The position numbers and the translations under genes are program-made. The notes under the pieces were generated by a model. It saw nothing but the letters and a program-made list of their open reading frames with translations, was not told where the DNA came from and made no database searches. A stretch of DNA of 62,121 nt, filler included, from Rhabdomonas costata (taxonomy: Eukaryota), in the NCBI GenBank assembly GCA_019059605.1. It is 30 parts of 30 records of this genome, joined end to end, with 100 filler letters (N's around TTAATTAATTAA, not from the genome) between each part and the next. Parts side by side here need not be neighbours in the genome. Positions count along the whole stretch, not along the records: positions 10,379 to 12,351 come from JAHMHO010006814.1; positions 12,452 to 14,426 come from JAHMHO010006815.1; positions 14,527 to 16,497 come from JAHMHO010006816.1; positions 16,598 to 18,572 come from JAHMHO010006817.1; positions 18,673 to 20,645 come from JAHMHO010006818.1; positions 20,746 to 22,719 come from JAHMHO010006819.1; 24 more parts are not named here. One strand, written 5' to 3'. Positions 12,287-22,675 of the stretch are shown one piece after another (positions within the stretch are counted from its first letter, which is position 1; each line of letters starts with the position of its first letter).

Positions 12287-12567
12287 AAAAACAGTCCCTT
12301 AGTGGGGGGACGGGCAAAGTTCAAAGTTCAAAGTTCTGATTCCAAAAAAACNNNNNNNNNNNNNNNNNNNNNNNNNNNNNNNNNNNNNNNNNNNNTTAAT
12401 TAATTAANNNNNNNNNNNNNNNNNNNNNNNNNNNNNNNNNNNNNNNNNNNNGAGATGCCGGAGGAGGACGCAGGAGTGCCACTGAGAGGCTGCGGGGCTT
12501 CAGGGCCGCGGCTGGAGACGGGCCCTGCGGAGTACCGGGAGAGCACAGTGAAGGCCATCCCGCGTAG

Positions 12568-13548
12568 GGCGGGGTGGCGTACCGCCGGGCCATGCTAGGG
12601 GCCCTGGTGTTTATGGCGCACCGCTGCGGGTTGGTGCTTCCGGTGCTCGGGGTGTTTGCCAGCCAGCTGCCCGGACTGGACCTCTCACTGATTCGGTTCT
12701 TCTTGCATAGGGTCTGTTTGCGTGGAACTAAGGGGTGACCTGTACGTTGTAGTTCCTGCCCCCCCACACACACCTCGATATACAGGGTTCCCTGTAGCCA
12801 ATTAGAGGAGGTGACAAGCAGCATGTTTTCGACCAAACTAAAAAAAAATCAGAAAGTGCAGCAAGCAGCCACGCCTAAACCAGCATTTCACCATACACCC
12901 ACACGCATCTGCAGCTCTTGGGAAGGTGAGCAGCCACAAGCTAAAGGCGTGGCACGAAACCACCGCCCCCGGGGTCGTGGTGAGGGTCGGTCAGTTCTTT
13001 CAAAGTGCTCACTTTCAGAAACTGTTCTCTATTTTTTTCAGGTTCCCACCCGCTGTGTTTTCCCTTGGATTGTGTGCGCAAACCGCAGATGCTATCGCCT
13101 ATCGAGCCCCCGTTCTCGGCTGCCTTTGTGGTTTCCCTGGCCTCCATCGTTTGTCACCCTAAGGTCCTCTCCTCTTCACCTCATTGTGCGTCTTCGACGT
13201 CCCGCTCTTCGGCAGCTCCACTCTTTCTCTCTTCAACTTTCTCCTTTCCTGCACCGCAACCCCCGGCAGTGGTCCATGTGGAAGCAAACTTTTCGTTCCT
13301 TTTGTTGAAAAACGGTGCATGTTTCCGCGCGCGTTGGCGATTCCCAAAAACGGCCCCACCCCTGTCACGCTATTCAAAACCCAAAAAAGGTGCTCAGCGC
13401 GATCTCGTCCTCATCCCTGGCCTCCTCTCCGGTGCCGGCGCTGGTGGAGTTCCTGGGCCATACCACGACCTGGGCCAACCCCTACGGCCTACCTGCAGGC
13501 ACCCTGCGCCGCCTCCGGGAGATTCATGAGGTGTTTTCCCAGCAGTGA
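12568..13548 (+). CDS. NELFCD: Negative elongation factor C/D (TH1-like), last three exons
   Basis: Phase-0 exons 12568-12711, 13089-13163 and 13390-13548 give YRRAMLGALVFMAHRCGLVLPVLGVFASQLPGLDLSLIRFFLHR/MLSPIEPPFSAAFVVSLASIVCHPK/VLSAISSSSLASSPVPALVEFLGH...*. This is colinear with the metazoan NELF-C/D C-terminus as recalled (GYVLPVV, DISLIRYFVTEVL..IAPPYTSDFV, DPVTEFIAH). Confidence 0.75.
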
Positions 13549-14526
13549 GGCGGAGCAGCCCTTTCGGCCCACTATGTGCCCTCCGTGTGGTGAAAGGGAA
13601 TAGGAAACCCCACTCTGGGGCGCTCATACCCCGCCCTTTCTGTTTCGACAGGGACAATGCTGCCTTTGAATGGACACCACCCAGTGGTGCGACCTGCGAA
13701 TGACTTCCTGCGGGTGCGTGAGGGGAACGGGAGGTGGAGCCGGGTTTTTGCAGAGGTCGCAATCCCACCCGAAGCTGACACAAAAAGGAGGAGCCTTGAA
13801 CTTGAATTGAACGTAAAAACCAAAGGGGTAAGGGGGCTCGAAATTCTGCGGCTTATAATTTTCACAATTTTCCTTCCTGCCCGCATGAACTCAATAGCAA
13901 GAAATCACGAATATTGAATAACAAGGTCAAGGAAAACGTTTCTTCCTGCTTAATTCTCCGAATTGCTTCCCTTGAACACTTCCCACGGCACATGTTCCGG
14001 CGTCAAGCAAGCAAACACGGTGTACCTAATAGTCCCCTTGCTTGGCAAGAATGCAAACCCACGCGGAGGAGCGTACCCTGATCGAAAACCGCTTCGCTGA
14101 ATCACTCATCATCCGGCGGGTTCAACGCAAGTGCTACCTAGCATGCCCTTCCTGTCGCCGTTCGAAAACATTGCCCGGCCCGCTCCCGTAACACGGCGCG
14201 CCGCCCGGTCTATTTTATCATGTTGCCCGCTGATGGGCCGCATAACAAACAAATTTTAGGTGAAGGGCCGTTTGACGTTTCTGGAAGAAAAGCGTCGGCG
14301 GAATATGGTTGAAGACCCCCCTTGTCAAGTGTATTTGGGGACCCCATGTTTTCGGTGAATTTTGCGGACCAAGGCATCCACGCCGGGCCATCCATCCGGG
14401 TGGATCAGGTGTATTGAAACAACACCNNNNNNNNNNNNNNNNNNNNNNNNNNNNNNNNNNNNNNNNNNNNTTAATTAATTAANNNNNNNNNNNNNNNNNN
14501 NNNNNNNNNNNNNNNNNNNNNNNNNN

Positions 14527-16480
14527 TGGGGGTGTGGTGAGCCGCTTCGCGTCAATCTCCTCCACCTAACACAGAGCAGAATCGGCTCACTACTCACTAG
14601 CATGAAAAGAAAGTTGCACAGGTACGATGCTTTGGGTATACCAAAGCAAAGCAAGCCCGAAAACCAGAGAATAAGAAAAAAGCACTGGTATCTTTGTCAG
14701 ACTGCGTCACCAACAACATTCCAAGGCAGCTGTCCTCGAGGAAGGAGTGAAGGGAAGGAGATAACTTCAGTGAAACCCGACTCCATTCGAGCCCTCCTCG
14801 AAACAACGCTAAATGGAAGCCAAAGACGGGAAAGAGGGAAAGAACGCAGAAAGAGAATAGATGGACATAGGGGCATAGGTGCGAGCCCTCTCAGTCAGAC
14901 TTCCATCTGTCCTTCACATCCACAAAAAAATCCACTCGTATCCGAGTTCGTTTAGACAGCTGCCCTATACCGTGTAGCTGAAGGGAAAGCCCGCGTTGAG
15001 CATCTCGATCAGCTGTGCGGGGTGGATGAGGGACCAGTCCGTCGTCCACCGGTTCCACTCCCGCGCTGCGCCCGCCGTTGTGGCCTCGGAGTCTCCGACG
15101 TACGCGAAATCCGTGCTGAGAACGTGCAGCTGCAAGTGCTTCAGGTCAGGGACGACCTGTGCCCGCGTAGGCTACATTTGCTGCTGTAGCGCCCATGCAG
15201 ATTCACGAAACACATCCCTGAACTCTCCGGCTCACACACTCTCATGTCTGTGTCCGAGAGTCTGGGCCACACTTCCCAAGCAGGTAGCGCATGGTTTGGG
15301 CAGCCTCGCCGAAATACTCAGGACACCCAACCTCCGCGTTCGTACGCCCGGTGCAAAATGGGTTCTTTCTTTGAAAAGACTGTGAAAAGACTGCTCGGAG
15401 ACGGCACATCTTCCTATTCTCTACCAGGGGCCAGACATGTTGGTGGTTTTTTTGACCCTCACAACAAACCCTGTCTGTAAAACATGAACGATGCCAAGCA
15501 GGAGGGTCAGCACACGAAGTACTCCTGGACTCTCTTCTGTTGGATCAAGTACGAAGATTGTGCCAAAAGGTCAGGTTCCTCAACCCAAACACCAAACAAA
15601 AACACCTGACCTGTCACAGTCCATCGCGAGATCATAGCGACTCAGTGCTAGCTAAGCAGATCCGTCCGAAGGTACCCACAGGAGGACACTTGAGTCGAGT
15701 TGAGTTCCGGTATGGTTGGAGTCAAGCATATAACTTTAGGGGCACACCACGCCCTTGCACACCGCCAAACAAAAGGTGCGACAATGTGAAGAAAAAAAGT
15801 CCGAAGACCTCAAAGCCAACGTGGAAGCTTACGGGCTTGGTGCCAAAGACCCGTTCCAGGAGCCTGATCTCGGAGTCTCCGCCCCAACGTCCGCGGATCC
15901 TCCCCGCGGTCCCAGAGACCTGAGTCCACTTCACTGACCGCTTGCACTTCTTGCATTCGTACATCCACCCGTTCTGTTCCATCCAGTCCAGGGCGGAGTT
16001 GGGCCACTCCTGCTGCTCCGCGCACACCGTGCACCTTTGAGCGTGCCAACAAAAAATTCGCCGCAATTCGCGGTGGGGTAACTGCGCGAATAGTCTGCGG
16101 GCAATCGTTCAGGTTCACGGAAGCATACATCGATGCAAACATCTCCGGAAATCACCTGCAAACAACTCCAAGTCAATTTTGGGATTGATTCGTGATTGTA
16201 ATGAAAAACATGCATGACAAGGCAAGCTAAAATGAATGTCTAACGCAATGGTGGGGTTGAAAGAAGGGAGCAGGTCCAAGAAATCGAGGGAAGCTATGAA
16301 CACAAACCTACCCGCTCGAGTCACGCAGGACAATCGTCTTTTCCAATCCCAAAGAGGCCGAAAAAAGAAAGATAAAAGTGTCCACGAACCGAAACACGGC
16401 CTTCGGGCTGAACCGGCCCTTCTGCTGGGCCAGGAAGTCTCGAGAGGCCGCCACCGAGGAAAATTTCTCCGCCACCACCC
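14527..16480 (-). CDS. Aprataxin-like HIT-domain protein with degenerate HIT triad and CxxC-x22-CxxC insertion (partial at both ends)
   Basis: Exons (about 16480)-16390, 16034-15809, 15156-14971 and 14565-14527 splice in frame: ...KAVFRCTVCAEQ...YECKKCKR...SFHVGFE/VVPDLKHLQLHVLSTDF...AREWNRWTTDWSLIHPAQLIEMLNAGFPFSYT/VEEIDAKRLTTP. This aligns with aprataxin [23 protein letters not shown]...HWNSFNT..F......IEM. Confidence 0.75.
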
Positions 16481-19400
16481 CCCAAACACACCAACACNNN
16501 NNNNNNNNNNNNNNNNNNNNNNNNNNNNNNNNNNNNNNNNNTTAATTAATTAANNNNNNNNNNNNNNNNNNNNNNNNNNNNNNNNNNNNNNNNNNNNGAT
16601 CGTTGGCGGCGGGTTCTGCGCGGCTTTCCGGCCTCGCGGGTCTGCACGGGCGGGCCGGCCACGGCCACAGCCACGCCACTGGGGTGCACGGCCTGGGAAT
16701 TTGCCGGGAGCTGCTGCGGTCACGACCAGGGGCTCGGCTGGCCAAAGAGTGGTAACCACTGAACCCGCAGTCTGACTCTGTCCCCTGTCCTGGAGATTTA
16801 ATGCAGTGCTGTGAATGCTCCAACCCGAATTTTTGAAGGGGGTGTTCTCTCTGCATCTGCCCCCGATCCCTTTCCTCGGCAGAGTACCATCAGTCCACAT
16901 CGCTCAGCTAGCAGCTGGCAGACCTCATCACCTTTTCACTGTTCAAAGCCGACACTTCCTGCTTTTTTCTAATCTCTGGGGTTGCGGCAATTACATAACG
17001 CTGGTTCTTTCGTTCGAGGTCGTAACCGACCTTGCACTGTGCCGTTTTGCCAACCGCACACTGCACACCCAAATGAAATGTTTCATCTCTTCGCTTTGCA
17101 CTTCAGGCCACCTCCGTGTAGTATCTGTTGCTTGCGTCGCCACAGATTGTGAGGCGACTGTGGTGACCCAATTTCCGCAATGGGCGCTGGTCCCTGGTCT
17201 TGTTTTTGTTGTACATATTGTGGTTGTCGGAGCTCCTTTTTGCTCGACGTTTGGCGCGCTCTTCCTGGCATTGCTCTGAGTGCGTATTTAACTGCTGTTT
17301 CACACGATTGGTATTTTGTTGTGATCCGTCGAGCCCGCTGACGCAAGGCGATGGTTGAAACTCGCAAAGCAATACTTGAGGTGTTTGGCAGTTCGTCAGC
17401 TTGTCAGTCAGCCATCCAGCCTGTAAGTCTGTGAGTCATCAATGGGGACCACTTACACAGTGTGCAAAATTGGTTTTGCATACATTGACACTAAAGTTCG
17501 CAGTGCCCACAATACTCACAGTGTTTGCAGTGAAGAGAGCACGAGAAAGTCTTTCATTCTCACTGTTCCCTAAAACTGAAAAGCAAAAAAAAAAGGAGAA
17601 AACGTGGGTTCTCGTGGGTGGGATAATCGCTGAAACTCTCCGCTGTGTGGGGCAAGAAGCGGCGCAAAAGAGATACTAAAGAGCCGCCAAGGGGCACCAC
17701 AACCGGCCGAGAGTGAAAAGTCAGAAAATTCTGACCCCACGCAGCGTTTCGGGAGGCCTGCTGTTTTTACAAAAGACCTCAAGCCTATTTTGGCTTAGCC
17801 CTCAACACTGTTGTAAACCCCAATGTACAAAAGAGATGTTTGCTGTTGCATTGAATCTTAAAGGTCTCCTTGCCCAGTTACTTTTCAAAGCGGCCTGCAC
17901 AGCATGCCCTCTGCGCCCACTTCGGGAACCCCTGCTCTGGTTTCGGGCCTGCCAATCTGCAGGCAACCCTGATTTCCTGCAACGGCCGCTTTTTCTTCTG
18001 CTTGCGGCCAGCAATTTCCGCTGGATGATGCAGCAGAGATACGGGCGGGAACACGGACGGACTGGCACGCGGGCCACAAAAAAAAACGAAATTCTTCGTC
18101 TTGGTCTCTGATTTCTTGCTTGCGTGGCTGCACACAGCATCGATATTGTTCTGCATCCGATCGCTTGATGCAGCTCACACCAGATTCTGCAGAGAAAAAA
18201 TTGTTAAGAGTTTGCGATTCTACAGATGCACGCAAACAGTAGGATGTTCTCATGCCATAATCACGGTTTTGCTGGTGACTGATAACTCATGGGAGAAGAA
18301 ATTTCAAATCCATCACAATAAGGCCGTGATTTGTTCCTGGGAAGACTAGAGCAATAGTGATATTCCTTGTGATGTGCGAAAGAAAAGGAAAAGCTAATCA
18401 AGAAGAAGAAACTGAAACAAGACTTTCTCCATGTATGCAAAAATGGGGACTTCGAGGCACTCATTGTTGAAGCGGCAGCAACACAGGCAGTCTTGTCGGC
18501 TGTCTGCGCAGCACCAGATGCTTTTCACAATCCCCACAAACACAGCTTTTCAGCTTGACTTCACAACCAACANNNNNNNNNNNNNNNNNNNNNNNNNNNN
18601 NNNNNNNNNNNNNNNNTTAATTAATTAANNNNNNNNNNNNNNNNNNNNNNNNNNNNNNNNNNNNNNNNNNNNGGGGTGTCTGGCTTCTCCCCCGATGCAG
18701 CGAGCTGAAGCAGGATTCTGGCGCGATACACAGTAATGCAATAAACTGAAGTGAAAGAGAAAAGAACATGCTTTGTGAGCCCTCGCGAACCTGCACGTCA
18801 TTCTCAGACACGGTACAGAAGCTCCGCATTGAAGCAATGCCCTGCTCCCCCAAAGGGATGAAAGATGAGGTGTGATCTCGTTTCGTTTTCCACGTTGTTG
18901 GCAGAATCGCCAAATTTGTCTGTGCGTACTAAACGGGAGATGTACGGCATCCAGCCCGCGGCAAAATTCGTCACGTTTTACCAAAGATTCGCTGGACAAC
19001 AGCAACGCCATTGAAAACGGAATTATGACAAACATCCTCATCGAACTTCGTTATTTTGAGGAAGCGGCCAATCGAAGTGTGGGGTTCAAGGAAGCTGTTT
19101 TACGGTTGCGAGACTTAACCAGCTCTTCAGCATCGGGGGAGAAGCCAGACACCCCGCAAAACTCCGCAAACCCACAGTGGTGCATTAGCGAGTGGGGATG
19201 AGCTAGGCTCCGAGTGCAGAACAAAGTTCGAAGCCTGCTAAATCCAGCAGGTGACAATCCACAAATGCAGATGCACACCGAAGAACAAACCAAGGCAAGC
19301 GCAGATACAAAGATGGCGAGAAGAGGAGGAAAAAGCGCCGGCGGTCAGCGGGAGAGCGAGATGCACAGCAGGTCTGAGGGGCCAAAGCTGAGCGCACCAC

Positions 19401-20804
19401 AACTCTTCAACAACTATCAACCGCCCTGCCAAATCCTTTCCCGAACCCAAAAAGGGAACAACAGTAGGAAAACGACTACAAACCCGAAGCCATGTCAAGC
19501 GATCATGGAAACGTGACTGGTTGACAAACAACGTATTCGCATGAAACCCCCAAGGGGCACGACCCAACGCCGAGAGAAAGCGGTGGCTTAGTTCAGCCCG
19601 ACCCGCGCTGAGGAGCGCGACCCAAACCAAGCACGGAGTTGGTGAAGCCCGAAGCACATCCCGGTGAGCTGGCAGAGCAGGGCCACAGCCAAAACCCCCA
19701 AAGCGGCGGCAACGAGCAGGGCTGTCCATGAGCTCAGACGAAGATAGGGGAAGCGGCCTGAGGACGGGCCCGGGGGGTGGGCCTCCCAGTTCGGCTCCGG
19801 AGGGGAAACCAGAGCGGGGACCACCGCCCGGTGGACCTCAAGGGAGAGCTCCCGGACAGGCAGGCGCTCCCCGTCAACTCCCAGAAAGCCTGCAAAGTGA
19901 TCGAGAGATGGGGGCTCACAACTCGTCGCGAAAGATTAAAAGTTCTTTAACTTCTGGATCCTTTTTCTTTTGGACTTTTGTTTTTTCTAAAGCTTTGATA
20001 GGCCAGACCAAAAATATAAAAGGCTCGGGCACCACGTCTTTTGAATTAGGGCAGGTATATGGGGGAGGACAGTGAACCAACCGAGAGATGGGGCAATATA
20101 CCCCTCCCAAAACGCAGACCTGCGGAGTGCCGTTCACTCGAGTAGAATAGTTACAGCACACACTCACTGGTGCAATAAATCTCCACCAGGTCCCCTTTTC
20201 CAAGCACACAATTTTCAGAGTTTTTGAATGCCAGTGACTCCGTCGCGAGATTAGTTCACAGGCAGATATAACATGAGCGTGGCGTGTGTGCGTGTGAAAA
20301 CCCACGAAGAAGCGCGAAGCACGGGCGATCGGCGGTGGTCATACACATATACTTTGTGCATGAGGGTAACTCTTTGACTTTTTCTGGTGAGGACTCGCAA
20401 TTCTCTTCACCCCCCACTCCGCACCCGAGCTTCCACAGCCCCAGTGGAGCACGCGCCCATCGGGCCTCACACTCTTCTGTCCGCTCTGGCGCCTCGCTAT
20501 ATTTCTCTCCCGTGTCTTGAAGCGATGGCGTCCCCCTCGGGACCTACGGCAAATGGTGCATGCGAGCCCTTGGGACTGGCGCGTACTCTTATTCTTGGGG
20601 GCCAAACCCTCAGCGCTCGCTTGATCCTCCCGGTTGATCCACAACNNNNNNNNNNNNNNNNNNNNNNNNNNNNNNNNNNNNNNNNNNNNTTAATTAATTA
20701 ANNNNNNNNNNNNNNNNNNNNNNNNNNNNNNNNNNNNNNNNNNNNGGTTTTTTGTATCCGCGGCGTACTAGTGCTGCGAGTTGGTTGCTTTTTGCTCGCC
20801 ACAG

Positions 20805-22675
20805 GTCCACTGCACCGCAGTTTCCCGAGGTCAAGGCGGATGGTCCTTCTGCGACTTCCTACGATCCTCAGACCAAGCTGGTGACGCCGTCTGCGCCTGG
20901 AGCCACCTCTGTGTTCAAGTACTGTCCGTAAAATCCGTGCTCGTTTTTTTTTTGCCAAACCCGAGCAGTTGTCCATGAATCCAGAAGGGTATTCCCGCCA
21001 CCCGAGTGTTGGTACATGAAGAAAACCCTTACGGTTTTGCGAAGAGCGAGCGCCTCTGTGATGTTCCCTTTTCAACTGCAACCCTGGAGGGCAAGTACTC
21101 ACGGTGTTTTCGCGCACACTCTTTGCCAGCGACAGACACGATTTTCATGACCAAATGTCTGTTCTGGGGGCCTTCAAATGCCGCTCACTCTGAACGCGTT
21201 TCGCACACAACAGCGCAGGCTGGGCCCTGTATCGATGTATTTACAAATGCTTACACGACACCCAAAGGTCGACGGCGCCGCAGTTTCCCGATGTGAAGGC
21301 GGAGGGTCCGTCGGCGACGTCGTACGACCCGCAGATGAAGCTGGTGACGCCTTCTGCACCAGGAGCGACGGCTGCCTTCCGGTGTGTCAAAGCCGTGATG
21401 TCCAACCATCAACCGAGATGTCTTTTGGAAGCGATTGGCTCATGTGGCATTTTTGGATTGGGGTGTATGGGGAAGCTTTGGTTTTGCATGGAGCTACAGC
21501 TACAGAGGGTTTGCCCCCTTTCCCTCTGCTTCTGGAACACCCTGGGGCTTTGGCTCCAAACGGAACCCATGGAAGAGTCGTTGTTGGTCTTTTTGAAACC
21601 AAGCGAATGCTCCTGGGGAAGACCAAAGCAGTACGTGAAGATATAGAAATGCAGGTGAGTCCCGAACCAATCCAACACACTAAAAAGCTGTCGCCAACGG
21701 AATCCAAAGCAGCGTGTAGGGTTCAGATGCAGCGACACGCTCCCCACACATCATTGTTTTAGTGAAGACTTGCTCTGTTTGTGGTACCTTGAAGCCCTGG
21801 CGTTTCACTTCAGGGCGCAGCGGGAGGTGCATATAGGGGGGGGGGTGGCGGCATACCGTCCTTCTGCCACCCCTGGAGAGAATCGGGGTGCCTTTGGTGT
21901 TGTATAGCAGCGCTCATGGCTGACATAAGCGGACAATGCTCCCGCTGTGTTTTGGTAAACGCAAAAAGCACCCTCTTTAGATGCATTCGTGTGGTCCTTA
22001 TTCACCCCATTCTCATTTTAGGTCGACTGCACCGCAGTTTCCCGAGGTCAAGGCGGATGGTCCCTCGGCAACTTCGTACGACCCCCAGACCAAGCTGGTG
22101 ACGCCGTCTGCGCCTGGAGCCACCTCTGTGTTCAAGTATTGCCTATATGTTGTGTTCTTACAAATCATTTCTTTGTCTTGCAACCCGAAACAACTTAGGT
22201 CGAGACGCAGCGATTTCGCCGGGACCACCACGGGTCATGGCTCTTTGAATGTCACTTCGATTTCACTGCCTTACTCAAAGGTCGACGGCGCCGCAGTTTG
22301 CGGAGGTCAAGGCGGAGGGCCCCTCGGCTACTTCCTACGACCCCCAGATGACGTTGGTGACGCCCCGCGACCCCTCTGGAGCGGCCGCTGCGTTCCGGTA
22401 CGTGTGGATGCGTTGCGCACGCTGAGGTAAATGCTTTGTTTTATAGGTGGATGCTCGTTAGTTGCTGGAAGCTGTGGGTGGCTACGTTGTGTATCTTTTC
22501 CCGGAGCTCGTGATGGACTGGCTTTCCCAGTGGCATATTTGTCATCCTCTGATTGGGATAGGTCCACTGCGCCGCAATTTCCGGAGGTCAAGGCGGAGGG
22601 TCCGTCGGCGACTTCCTACGACCCTCAGACAAAGCTGACCACCCCATCCGCACCTGGAGCCACTTCTGCGTTCAA
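20805..22675 (+). CDS. Tandem 38/39-aa repeat protein, one repeat per exon (SHIPPO/PG-rich axonemal repeat-like)
   Basis: Five AG/GT-bounded phase-2/phase-2 exons: 20805-20918, 21268-21381, 22022-22135, 22281-22397 and 22562-22675. Each encodes [K/R]STAPQF[P/A][E/D]VKA[D/E]GPSATSYDPQ[T/M]xLxTP...GAxxxF. Many synonymous differences between copies and divergent introns indicate selection on the protein. Confidence 0.9.

Noticed and set aside
13960-14210. Structured-looking non-coding stretch with ATGATGA on the minus strand (snoRNA/SRP-like)
   Set aside because: No matching D box or recognisable SRP/U3 motifs; an Rfam search would be needed.
17116-17129. GTGTAGTATCTGTT, identical to the U2 snRNA branch-point recognition region
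   Set aside because: The flanks lack U2 stem I (CTCGGC...GCTAAGATCAA) and downstream U2 features, so a chance match is likely.
16598-20645. ORFs in contigs 9 and 10, including IVGGGF (Rossmann-like) and a possible start exon at about 20525
   Set aside because: The motif context is wrong or too short, and no phase-consistent gene model could be supported.
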